In this document: piece by piece, positions 17,271-24,863 of the stretch
Numbering within the stretch: position 1 is the stretch's first letter
Layout of the letters: every line of letters begins with the position of its first letter
IMG/VR virus record: IMGVR_UViG_2681813230_000002
Coordinates: 1 to 27,415 of that record
Source: a virus
Lineage: Duplodnaviria > Heunggongvirae > Uroviricota > Caudoviricetes
Strand: one strand, 5' to 3'
DNA: 27,415 bases
The notes under the pieces: generated by a model
What the model was told of the DNA's origin: nothing
Seen by the model: only the letters and a program-made list of their open reading frames with translations
Databases searched by the model: none
Position numbers and translations under genes: made by a program

Positions 17271-18175
17271 CGGATCACCCCATAGGCCCAGTCAGTGTTG
17301 TTGAAGTCCAGATCTGGCTTGACAGCGCGCTGCTCACCTCCGGCGTTACGCTGCATTGTCAGCTTGTCCCACTGCTTACGCAGGCTTTCGGGACTCAGGA
17401 TGTTGGTCTGCCAGAAGTGGTGTTTGCTAGCCCAGTCATACAGCGCGCAGATGTCCTGGTGCGACCGGTTGTCTATCTGGCGCATCAGGCGAACAGTGTT
17501 AGACCAGGAGGTCATGTCCGGGGCTTTGCAGGTTGGGTTAATCAGCTTCACCCTGGAGGAAATCCACTTAGCTGTCTCGAGGTCTTCAGCAGAGCCCCAC
17601 TTCGCACCGGATGGTGTGTAGACCGCAGCTTCAGGATGAGTTGATAAAAATTTCTTCAGACGTGCGTCAGAGGATTCGTCAGAATTCTCGGACGAAGATC
17701 TTTTAATACTGTTCTTGTTCTTGTATTGGGTGTCTACCGTTTTCGGGAAGGTTATTCCTGATTTTGGGAAGGATTTTCCCGTTTTCGGGAATTTTCTTCC
17801 CGTTTCCGGTTTGTCTAAAATCCATGCTGAAAGGTCAGTGTTTACACCGACGATTTTCATCATGCCCTGCTTCTGTGAAAAGATGATTTTGCGTTCTGCG
17901 AGAGACTTAAGCGCGTCCGATACATGCGTATCGCTCAGGCCCGTAAGCTCGGCAATAACCGTATTTGTCACGCGGTCCTGTTTCTTGTTCCAGCCGTAGG
18001 TAAGCCAGATCACCGCCTCAAAACATTGCCATTCCCGGCCTGACAGTCTCAGGCGAGGCTTAAGCTGTTGGATCTCGTTAGCGACCTTGGTATACCCGTT
18101 CGACAGGTCGGCCATACGACCTCCCGGTTGTTCGGTTTTATTTGGGAAATTGATTATTTCAGCGGTGTTTGACAT
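17267..18175 (-). CDS. O: Replication initiator protein O
   Basis: N-terminal motif WLTYGWNK matches lambda O (KTYGWNK); internal iterons; start moved to ATG at 18175 with GGGAG SD. Confidence 0.9.
   Translation of the reverse strand: MSNTAEIINFPNKTEQPGGRMADLSNGYTKVANEIQQLKPRLRLSGREWQCFEAVIWLTYGWNKKQDRVTNTVIAELTGLSDTHVSDALKSLAERKIIFSQKQGMMKIVGVNTDLSAWILDKPETGRKFPKTGKSFPKSGITFPKTVDTQYKNKNSIKRSSSENSDESSDARLKKFLSTHPEAAVYTPSGAKWGSAEDLETAKWISSRVKLINPTCKAPDMTSWSNTVRLMRQIDNRSHQDICALYDWASKHHFWQTNILSPESLRKQWDKLTMQRNAGGEQRAVKPDLDFNNTDWAYGVIR
17741..17810. repeat. Replication origin iterons (3-4 tandem repeats of about 20 bp) inside the O gene
   Basis: TTTCGGGAAGGTTATTCCTGA / TTTTGGGAAGGATTTTCCCG / TTTTCGGGAATTTTCTTCCCG, adjacent to an AT-rich stretch (17700-17740); the encoded protein shows the corresponding FPKTGKSFPKSGITFPK repeat. 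Confidence 0.65.
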
Positions 18176-18260
18176 ACTTACTCCCGTTACTTGCCGTAAC
18201 ACAGTGTGATAAGGGCCTTTGAAGTTACCGCTTCAAGGGCTTTTTCTTTTCTTGTGCCTC

Positions 18261-18806
18261 TCATATAACCCCCAGCATCGATGTAACCATCGTCATCAGC
18301 GGTCCTACCTGCTCCGGCATGAGGCGGAACAGCGACGCTATACCCTCGCTTACCTCTTTGAGCTTCTGATGCTCTGGAGCGTCCAGCAGCACGGCCTGTT
18401 TAGCCTCGGCACACTCTTTCATCGCAGAGGCGATCAGCGACATCGTGTCGTTCTGCGGCGCCAGACGGTTTCGGTACTCCAGCGGCAGGACCGACATGAT
18501 TGCCGGGGCCAGCTGGCGAATGTTGTTGGCGGCGTATTCGGTATCGCCATCAATCCATCGAAACACTTTCTGCATCTGGCGGTGCGAGTCAGTCGGGATA
18601 TCCAGACCGGTTCCGCCGGACGCCCGCCACTCTTCCACGATCAGCGCGGCGACAAATTCACGGCTTCGGCAATCAGCTGCCCAGGCGCGAACAGCAGCGC
18701 GGATCCCATCGATGTTTAACGCCGCGGAATCAGGCTCCCGGCGATTCTGGTAAATCATCGCCGTTGGCGAAAATTTGTTACCTTGTTGATACGCAAGTGA
18801 ATGCAT
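18261..18806 (-). CDS. YdaT-like / CII-position regulatory protein
   Basis: 181 aa; segment FRWIDGDTEYAANNIRQLAPAIMSVLPLEYRNRL resembles recalled Rac YdaT (HRWLKGETKTQREKIQKLIPAILAILPRELRHRL); sits between cro-like gene and O. Confidence 0.55.
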   Translation of the reverse strand: MHSLAYQQGNKFSPTAMIYQNRREPDSAALNIDGIRAAVRAWAADCRSREFVAALIVEEWRASGGTGLDIPTDSHRQMQKVFRWIDGDTEYAANNIRQLAPAIMSVLPLEYRNRLAPQNDTMSLIASAMKECAEAKQAVLLDAPEHQKLKEVSEGIASLFRLMPEQVGPLMTMVTSMLGVI

Positions 18807-18823
18807 TGCTTTCCCTTTCGTGG

Positions 18824-19057
18824 TTAGGCCGCAGTATCACGCGGCGATGCGAATACCAGGCTTTCTTTTAGGACCGGAGCCTGGCGGTGAAAATTCTTCG
18901 TGCCTTTCTCGATAGCAGATGCCATTTCTGGAGATGCCCGGCGATTTCCGTAGGCGATCTGGTCCAGGTAACCTGGCGTCGTGTTAGCCAACTTTGCGAG
19001 CTGCGCCCATTCGTCGGTAGTGGCGGCCTTGCGCCAGCGGTGTAGTTCAGTGCTCAT
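18824..19057 (-). CDS. Cro-like HTH regulator (YdaS-type)
   Basis: 77-aa ORF divergent from cI across an operator-containing intergenic region. Confidence 0.5.
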   Translation of the reverse strand: MSTELHRWRKAATTDEWAQLAKLANTTPGYLDQIAYGNRRASPEMASAIEKGTKNFHRQAPVLKESLVFASPRDTAA

Positions 19058-19173
19058 TGGTGTCTCCGGGTGAGTCGTTTGATTTGGAGTTTAGCGTTAT
19101 GCTAAATACTACGCAAGCATCATTTAGCAATTTGCACATTTATCATTTTGCTAAAAGCAGTAACAATGCAGGT
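19058..19173. promoter_or_regulatory. OR-like operator/promoter region between cro-like gene and cI
   Basis: 17-bp palindrome TTTAGCGTTATGCTAAA (19090-19106) plus two related sites (19123-19139, 19139-19155) sharing half-site TTTAGC/GCTAAA. Confidence 0.55.
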
Positions 19174-19851
19174 ATGGAAAATAAAGAAATCAGAAAAGCC
19201 AACCTGGAAGCGCTGTACGAGAAGCGTCAGCACGAGTCTGGAATGACCAAAGCGCAGTTTGCCGAGCTCATCGAGACAAGTCCGGCTGCGCTTAGCCAGC
19301 TACTGGGACCAAACCCTCATCGCAATATCGGCGATAAGATGGCTCGCAAAATTGAAACTGCGCTTGATCTGCCTTTTGGCTGGATGGATGTTTTACACGC
19401 CAGTGAAGAACCTTCGAACGTTGCATTTCGAGGACTGAACGAGACAAAAGGAAGTTATCCTGTAATCAGCTGGGTAAGCGCGGGGCAATGGATGGAAGCT
19501 GTAGAACCTTATCACCGAAGAGCGATAGATCGCTGGTATGACACGACTGTTGACTGCTCAGAAGATTCATTCTGGCTGGACGTTAAAGGGGATTCTATGA
19601 CCTCTCCGGCTGGACTGAGCATACCCGAGGGAGCAGTGATACTTGTTGATCCTGAAGTCGAGCCGCGCAACGGAAAGCTGGTTGTCGCGAAGCTAGAAGG
19701 CGATAACGAAGCGACCTTTAAGAAGCTTGTAATCGATGCCGGCAGACGCTTCCTAAAGCCCCTTAACCCCGCATATCCAATGCTAGAAATTAATGGAAAC
19801 TGCAAAATCATCGGCGTTGTGGTTGATGCCAAAATACTAAACATCCCATAA
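19174..19851 (+). CDS. cI: CI-type repressor with C-terminal S24 (LexA-like) autopeptidase domain
   Basis: N-terminal HTH region; C-terminal GDSM...FKKL Ser/Lys dyad motifs; start chosen at ATG 19174 (MENKEIRK...), the track ORF begins in the intergenic operator region. Confidence 0.85.
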   Translation: MENKEIRKANLEALYEKRQHESGMTKAQFAELIETSPAALSQLLGPNPHRNIGDKMARKIETALDLPFGWMDVLHASEEPSNVAFRGLNETKGSYPVISWVSAGQWMEAVEPYHRRAIDRWYDTTVDCSEDSFWLDVKGDSMTSPAGLSIPEGAVILVDPEVEPRNGKLVVAKLEGDNEATFKKLVIDAGRRFLKPLNPAYPMLEINGNCKIIGVVVDAKILNIP

Positions 19852-19870
19852 CCTCACGCAAAACCCCTCA

Positions 19871-19896
19871 AGCCCGCCATCGCGCGGGCTTTTTTA
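19871..19896 (+). terminator. Rho-independent terminator after cI
   Basis: AGCCCGC-CATCGC-GCGGGCT 7-bp stem followed by TTTTTT. Confidence 0.65.
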
Positions 19897-19934
19897 CGTC
19901 CCGAATTCCTTCGCTGTAAATTTTTAATCGCTTA

Positions 19935-20011
19935 TTAATCAATACGCTAAATAAAATCATTCAACAATTTAGCATTTTGCTATTGCGCATAATTTAGCAT
20001 CACGCTAAATT
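19935..20011. promoter_or_regulatory. OL-like operator cluster and putative pL promoter
   Basis: TTTAGCATCACGCTAAA (19993-20009) and TTTAGCATTTTGCTATT (19968-19984), plus a weaker site at 19935-19951; same half-sites as OR. Confidence 0.5.
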
Positions 20012-20414
20012 TACCCCATCGAAACGAAACATCGACAGCTGAGCGAAGTTAGCCAGCGGCGGACAGCAAGTCGCCTGCTTTTTAACAACATGCAGATTTA
20101 CAGCGTCAATGACCTGTTAAGACCCCTACACGTAAACGTGCTGTATCACCGGGTGCGATCCGGTCGGTGAGAGAGTATCCCCGCGCGAGAGCGAGAACGG
20201 CGTGAGAACGGGCAACACTGGCAGGGAGTTGGCGCTGACCAATACAGGGAATGTTATGGGATGTGGTGAAGGGTTCATGGACGGGAATATGTCGCACGTA
20301 AAGCGGCGAGGCCCGAGGAGCTATTGCCGAAGATAAGTAGGCCGAATCGGGTCGAAATGGGTCTCCCACCTACCACATCGCCAAAGCATTTCTCCCGCAT
20401 CAGCGGGTAAGTCA

Positions 20415-21083
20415 ATGATTCGTCTTAACAACGAAATTAAAAATCAGCTATGCCATAACCTGCTTCTCGCATCCCCATTGTTTGAGAAAGCGAAAGCTGC
20501 GGTTAATGAGAGGGCGAAAATTGTTGAAGAAATTCGACAGGCATTGCTCAAGCAGGAAAACACTAGCGATGAGCAAATAACTAAGGCTCGGGAAGATTTC
20601 AAAGATAACTCCTTCATCAAGATGCAGGTCGGCGCTAAAACTGCAATTTTAAAGGTCATTATTAATGGTGAGTATCACGAATTAGCCAGGAACGGTTTGG
20701 ATCATCGCTATCGCCACCGTGGAAAACATATTGGTAAGCACGATCTTGAAAGCGACCTGTTCTTCGGAGCTTCCTTCGCGCCTGTAATTGATTCGGGTTT
20801 CGTTCCTGAAAGTTACAGCACGCTGAAGAAAGTTGGAAAATTACACGACCGACTCACTGAATCGACGGTAACCATCAACGTTCTTTACGATGAAGTTGAT
20901 GCCTTCCAATTGCAGGTTAAAGGTGCTCTAACCAAAGTCTCAACTGTTAAAAAACTGGCTGAGATGTGGCCTGAGGCAGTGCCATATTTGCCTGAGGTGG
21001 AACGCCGTGAAGCGACCAGCACCGCACTTGCCATTCCCGTTGAAACGCTAAACGCCCTTTGCGGCATACCAAAGAATGAATGA
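20415..21083 (+). CDS. Hypothetical protein, 222 aa (pL-proximal moron; no family recognised)
   Basis: Clean ORF with lower GC than flanks, preceded by hairpin TCCCGC-ATCA-GCGGGA and a 370-bp ORF-free leader, followed by a strong terminator. Confidence 0.55.
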   Translation: MIRLNNEIKNQLCHNLLLASPLFEKAKAAVNERAKIVEEIRQALLKQENTSDEQITKAREDFKDNSFIKMQVGAKTAILKVIINGEYHELARNGLDHRYRHRGKHIGKHDLESDLFFGASFAPVIDSGFVPESYSTLKKVGKLHDRLTESTVTINVLYDEVDAFQLQVKGALTKVSTVKKLAEMWPEAVPYLPEVERREATSTALAIPVETLNALCGIPKNE

Positions 21084-21105
21084 CCCGCTCCGGCGGGTTT
21101 TTTAT
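21083..21105 (+). terminator. Rho-independent terminator
   Basis: ACCCGC-TCCG-GCGGGT stem followed by TTTTTTAT directly after the stop codon. Confidence 0.7.
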
Positions 21106-21244
21106 CGGCCATACATAGGCAGATTTTCGAGTCTGCCCATTTATGACAACCGGCGGCCATCCACCGCCCATTGAAACACTGAATAAATGCGTTGAAGTCT
21201 TGTATTAACCGTTCCGTTCGCCGCGATAAGGCCAAGAGGAAATC

Positions 21245-21373
21245 ATGGTAAACCAGCAGCAGATCAGAGAGGCCCAACGGCTCGCGTCGTTCGCGGTGCT
21301 CCATCGCAATGCTCCGGCGTGGGAAGAAGCAAAACGCCTTTACGCCGTCGCCATCGGGAGGACTCTTCACTGA
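21245..21373 (+). CDS. Small hypothetical protein (42 aa), not in ORF track
   Basis: Hand translation MVNQQQIREAQRLASFAVLHRNAPAWEEAKRLYAVAIGRTLH; AAGAGGA SD 6 nt upstream; stop overlaps next start (TGATG). Confidence 0.4.
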   Translation: MVNQQQIREAQRLASFAVLHRNAPAWEEAKRLYAVAIGRTLH

Positions 21374-21570
21374 TGGAAACTTTATTCGCACTCGTCCTGA
21401 CCGTGGCAATGACCAACGGTGATTATCAGGATGTCATTCTCGGCGTTTACGACAGCCAGCAGGAATGCAGCCTGGCAGCTACAGAGCAGAAAGTGTCAGC
21501 TGAGTGCTGGCCGGTAGAAAGCATCATCCGCAACGGCGAGTTCCCGGCGAAATCCATCGCGCAGCAGTAA
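21373..21570 (+). CDS. Small hypothetical protein (65 aa) with N-terminal hydrophobic segment
   Basis: METLFALVLTVAMTNG...; coupled to upstream 42-aa ORF; the track start at 21319 is in an Arg-rich leader and probably not used. Confidence 0.45.
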   Translation: METLFALVLTVAMTNGDYQDVILGVYDSQQECSLAATEQKVSAECWPVESIIRNGEFPAKSIAQQ

Positions 21571-21640
21571 CCACCCTATTCAACCGATCGGCCTGGCATT
21601 ACGCGGGCGGGATCTGCACATCCAAATTTCAGGAGAAACC

Positions 21641-22612
21641 ATGAGCGAAGTAACGGACTTAACTGTCATCGAAATCAAGCCGGAACAGGCCCCAGTGCTT
21701 TACGTAGCGGGCGGCCTTGACGCGTACCTTGAGCAAATCCGCCAGGCTGTAAACGAAGTGCCGGACCTGTCCACGAAGAAAGGCCGTGACCGTGTTGCCT
21801 CTCTGGCAGCGCAGGTGTCCCGCAGCAAGACGGCAATCGAAAAGCCGGGCCGTGAGTACCTGAAGCGCCTGAAAGAGGCTGTGCGTCCGGCTGAGGCCGA
21901 AATTAAGCGATTCGTTGATGCCTGCGACGAGCTGCGCGATGCGACCCGCCGCCCACTCACCGAATGGGAAGCCGAGCAGGAACGCATTAAGGCTGAAGAA
22001 GCCATGAACGCGATGCACGCCGAAGCGCTGGAGATGAACATCAGGTTCGATCAGGAGCTGGCTGCCAAGTTCGAAGCGGACCACGAAATGGCTCTACTGA
22101 TGAACAAGGATTTTGACCGTGACCGCGAAGAGCAGCGCCGTCTGGCGGAACAGGCTCAGCGTGAACGTGATGAGCGGCTGAAACAGGAAGCGGCAGAACA
22201 AGCCCGCCGCGATGCCGAAGCGAAGCACAAAGCGGAGATTGAAGCCGCAGCGCGCCGTGAAGCCGAAGAGAAAGCCCGCGCTGAACTGGCGGAGCGCCAG
22301 CGCGTCGAAGCGGAACAGCGTGCAGCTCGCGAGAAGCAGGAAGCGGAAGCCCGGGCGGAACGCGAAAAAGCCGCGGCGGTTGAAGCCGAGCGCCTGAAGG
22401 CCAAACAGGCCGAAGATGCCCGCCTGGCCGAAGAGAAGCGCCTCGCCGATGAGCAGGCAAAGCGTGAAGCTGACGTTAAGCACCGCAAGACGGTCGGCAC
22501 CAACATCGTTAACGCGCTCACCAGCCAAACCAGCTTAACCCGCGAGCAGGCTATCGAAGTGCTTACCGCTCTGAAAGATAACCTGATCCCCTGCGCGAAA
22601 ATTCATTACTGA
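21641..22612 (+). CDS. Hypothetical protein with long Glu/Arg/Ala/Lys-rich low-complexity coiled-coil centre
   Basis: 323 aa; globular N- and C-terminal segments flank about 150 aa of EAxxR-type repeats; sits just upstream of gam-bet-exo. Confidence 0.6.
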   Translation: MSEVTDLTVIEIKPEQAPVLYVAGGLDAYLEQIRQAVNEVPDLSTKKGRDRVASLAAQVSRSKTAIEKPGREYLKRLKEAVRPAEAEIKRFVDACDELRDATRRPLTEWEAEQERIKAEEAMNAMHAEALEMNIRFDQELAAKFEADHEMALLMNKDFDRDREEQRRLAEQAQRERDERLKQEAAEQARRDAEAKHKAEIEAAARREAEEKARAELAERQRVEAEQRAAREKQEAEARAEREKAAAVEAERLKAKQAEDARLAEEKRLADEQAKREADVKHRKTVGTNIVNALTSQTSLTREQAIEVLTALKDNLIPCAKIHY

Positions 22613-22619
22613 GGCAACC

Positions 22620-22904
22620 ATGAACGCATACCTCACTTACGACCGCATCGAAGATCGGCGCTGGGCTGAGCAGCAGATCACCGACGAGAAAGAGAAGTGG
22701 ATCGACGACCGGGCGCAGAAAATCATCGACATGATGCCTAAAGAGCCGTCCGGCCTCTTCCACTTCACGATCCCGATAGACTCCAGCCCATACGAAGGGC
22801 TTCGCAGCGATAAAGCTGGCGAGGCCTACAACGATTTCATTTCGGTAGTTGCTTACGCCCAGGCGGAATACGACTGGGAACACCGTACCGGCTGCCCGTT
22901 TTAA
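22620..22904 (+). CDS. gam: Host-nuclease (RecBCD) inhibitor Gam
   Basis: N-terminus MNAYLTYDRIEDRRWAEQQ resembles lambda GamS start [21 protein letters not shown]; positioned directly upstream of bet. Confidence 0.75.
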   Translation: MNAYLTYDRIEDRRWAEQQITDEKEKWIDDRAQKIIDMMPKEPSGLFHFTIPIDSSPYEGLRSDKAGEAYNDFISVVAYAQAEYDWEHRTGCPF

Positions 22905-22922
22905 TTTTTGAGGGATTTAACA

Positions 22923-23669
22923 ATGAGTACTGCACTTTCCACCATGGCCGGGAAACTGGCCGCACGCCTCGGCATGGATGCCGGTACAGACCTGATGAAT
23001 ACGCTGAAGAATACAGCGTTCAAAGGTGGCAACGTCACGGACGAGCAGTTTACAGCCCTGTTGATCGTCGCCAACCAGTACGGCCTGAACCCATGGACCA
23101 AAGAGATTTACGCATTCCCAGATAAAGGCGGGATTGTCCCGGTCGTCGGCGTTGATGGATGGGCTCGCATTATCAACGAGCATCCTCAGTTTGACGGCAT
23201 GGAGTTCTCTTACGACAAGGAGGAAGGCGCGTGTACCTGCAAGATTTACCGCAAAGACCGTAAGCACCCGACCATCGTCACCGAGTACATGGGAGAGTGC
23301 AAACGCAACACTCAGCCATGGCAGTCCCACCCTACCCGCATGCTTCGCCACAAGACGCTGATCCAGTGCGCGCGTCTGGCCTTTGGTTTCGCTGGCATCT
23401 TCGACCAGGACGAGGCAGAGCGAGTAATTGAAGGAACAACGGCAGAGGTTCATGCGGGCCATGAATCAGATAGCCGCCGCCCGGAACTGATCGCAAAAGG
23501 TGAGTCCGCCGCGCGCCTTGGAACCGTTAAGTATCAGGAGTTCTGGGTGGCTCTGAGCGCCGAAGAGAAACAGGTGATCGGCGCAGTTGAGAAACGACGC
23601 ATGTATGACATGAGTCTTGCTGTCGACAACGCCGAACCTGTCAATGTCGCAGAGACGGAGGCTGAATGA
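22923..23669 (+). CDS. bet: Recombination protein Bet (Red-beta single-strand annealing protein)
   Basis: Near-collinear with recalled lambda Bet (MSTALATLAGKLAERVGMD...LIVANQYGLNPWTKEIYAFPDK...GIVPVVGVDGW...MLRHK..IQCARLAFGFAGI); start at ATG 22923 with GAGGGA SD. Confidence 0.9.
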   Translation: MSTALSTMAGKLAARLGMDAGTDLMNTLKNTAFKGGNVTDEQFTALLIVANQYGLNPWTKEIYAFPDKGGIVPVVGVDGWARIINEHPQFDGMEFSYDKEEGACTCKIYRKDRKHPTIVTEYMGECKRNTQPWQSHPTRMLRHKTLIQCARLAFGFAGIFDQDEAERVIEGTTAEVHAGHESDSRRPELIAKGESAARLGTVKYQEFWVALSAEEKQVIGAVEKRRMYDMSLAVDNAEPVNVAETEAE

Positions 23670-24283
23670 TAGAGCAACGCACCCCTGAATGGTTTGCTGC
23701 GCGCTGCAGCAAGGTCACAGCCAGTCGCCTGGCTGATGTCATGGCCCGGACTAAGTCGGGCTACTCCACCAGCCGCCAGAACTACATGGCCGAGCTGATT
23801 TGCCAACGGCTGACCGGGAAGCTGGAGGAAGGGTTTTCGAATGCCGCGATGATGCGCGGCACTGAACTTGAGCCAGTGGCACGCGAAATGTACGCGCTGA
23901 ATGAGTTCAATGCGGCAATCACTGAAGTTGGGCTCATCGATCACCCAACCATACCCGGATTCGCAGCCAGCCCGGACGGACTTGTCAACGACGACGGGCT
24001 TATCGAAATCAAATGCCCCAACACCTGGACCCATCTTGAAACGCTGAAAACTGGTGAGCCAAAGCGCCAGTACATGCTGCAAATGCATGCACAGATGATG
24101 TGCACCGGGCGGAAATGGTGTGATTTCGTTAGTTTCGATGATCGCCTGCCGCCTGACCTCGCCTATTTCAAGAAGCGGATTCATTTCGATGAAGAGCTGG
24201 CGCGCGAAATCGAATCTGAGGTTAAGAGCTTCCTTGCAGATCTGGAATCGGAAATTCAGAAAATCACAGAGCGTGCAGCATGA
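23666..24283 (+). CDS. exo: YqaJ-type viral exonuclease (Red-alpha/Exo analogue)
   Basis: 205 aa; motifs QRTPEWFAAR, SPDGLV and IEIKCP typical of YqaJ/lambda-exonuclease fold; ATGA coupling with bet. Confidence 0.8.
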   Translation: MIEQRTPEWFAARCSKVTASRLADVMARTKSGYSTSRQNYMAELICQRLTGKLEEGFSNAAMMRGTELEPVAREMYALNEFNAAITEVGLIDHPTIPGFAASPDGLVNDDGLIEIKCPNTWTHLETLKTGEPKRQYMLQMHAQMMCTGRKWCDFVSFDDRLPPDLAYFKKRIHFDEELAREIESEVKSFLADLESEIQKITERAA

Positions 24284-24708
24284 AACGCACACCATTTTAC
24301 CGCAGGCCAGGGCGCACCGGGCAATTCTCCGGCCTTCGTGAGCGCGTTATCTGGATGATTCAGACGCGCGGCCGCCCGGTAACCGGCAGCGAAATCGCTG
24401 AGAAGTTTGGCGTAACGCTCATCGAGTTTAACCGGGTAGCCAACGGTATTACCCGCGGCTCCGGACAGATAGCGCAGATCGTTGAGTCGGAAAAGTGGAT
24501 CAACGGGGACGGCATCTGCGACCGGACTTTCGACCTGGTCACGAAGCCGAAGGTTGTGACGCCGCAGGGCAAATCGCGCCTGTTCACCCGGCGCGCCATT
24601 GAGCAATCGCAGGAAGGTAGACGGCAGGAGTGCATAGCCCGTGCCGCCCGCCGTAGCCGCCTGATTGCTCAGGGCCTCTACATCGACGAAATGGAGTCCA
24701 TCCTATGA
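24280..24708 (+). CDS. Hypothetical protein (possible winged-helix DNA-binding)
   Basis: 142-aa ORF coupled to exo and to downstream small ORF. Confidence 0.5.
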   Translation: MKRTPFYRRPGRTGQFSGLRERVIWMIQTRGRPVTGSEIAEKFGVTLIEFNRVANGITRGSGQIAQIVESEKWINGDGICDRTFDLVTKPKVVTPQGKSRLFTRRAIEQSQEGRRQECIARAARRSRLIAQGLYIDEMESIL

Positions 24709-24863
24709 CTCACGCTCACGACGACATCAGGGTTGGCACGGTGCGCCTTCCCTGGCTCAAAGAGAAAAACGGATGGTTGCTGCCGTGGGGTGAAGTCGTT
24801 ACCAACCCACTGAAGGCGCAACGACTGGCTGAAGAACTTAACGAAAAGCAGGTGGCAGCATGA
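24705..24863 (+). CDS. Small hypothetical protein (52 aa), not in ORF track
   Basis: Hand translation MTHAHDDIRVGTVRLPWLKEKNGWLLPWGEVVTNPLKAQRLAEELNEKQVAA; ATGA overlaps at both ends. Confidence 0.4.
   Translation: MTHAHDDIRVGTVRLPWLKEKNGWLLPWGEVVTNPLKAQRLAEELNEKQVAA

Noticed and set aside
16788-17285. 165-aa plus-strand ORF
   Set aside because: Antisense to the confidently identified P gene
20106-20369. 87-aa minus-strand ORF in the GC-rich leader
   Set aside because: Compositionally biased translation, no RBS, and opposite to the pL transcription direction; the region is treated as non-coding
20330-20414. Possible tRNA-like element (GGGTCGAAAT...ACCA)
   Set aside because: No proper T-arm (GGTTCGANTCC-type) or acceptor/anticodon stems could be drawn by hand
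22041-22528. Several 120-144-aa minus-strand ORFs and a 61-aa plus-strand ORF
   Set aside because: All lie within the repetitive GC-rich core of the 323-aa gene; low-complexity Arg/Ala/Ser/Leu translations are artefacts of the repeat
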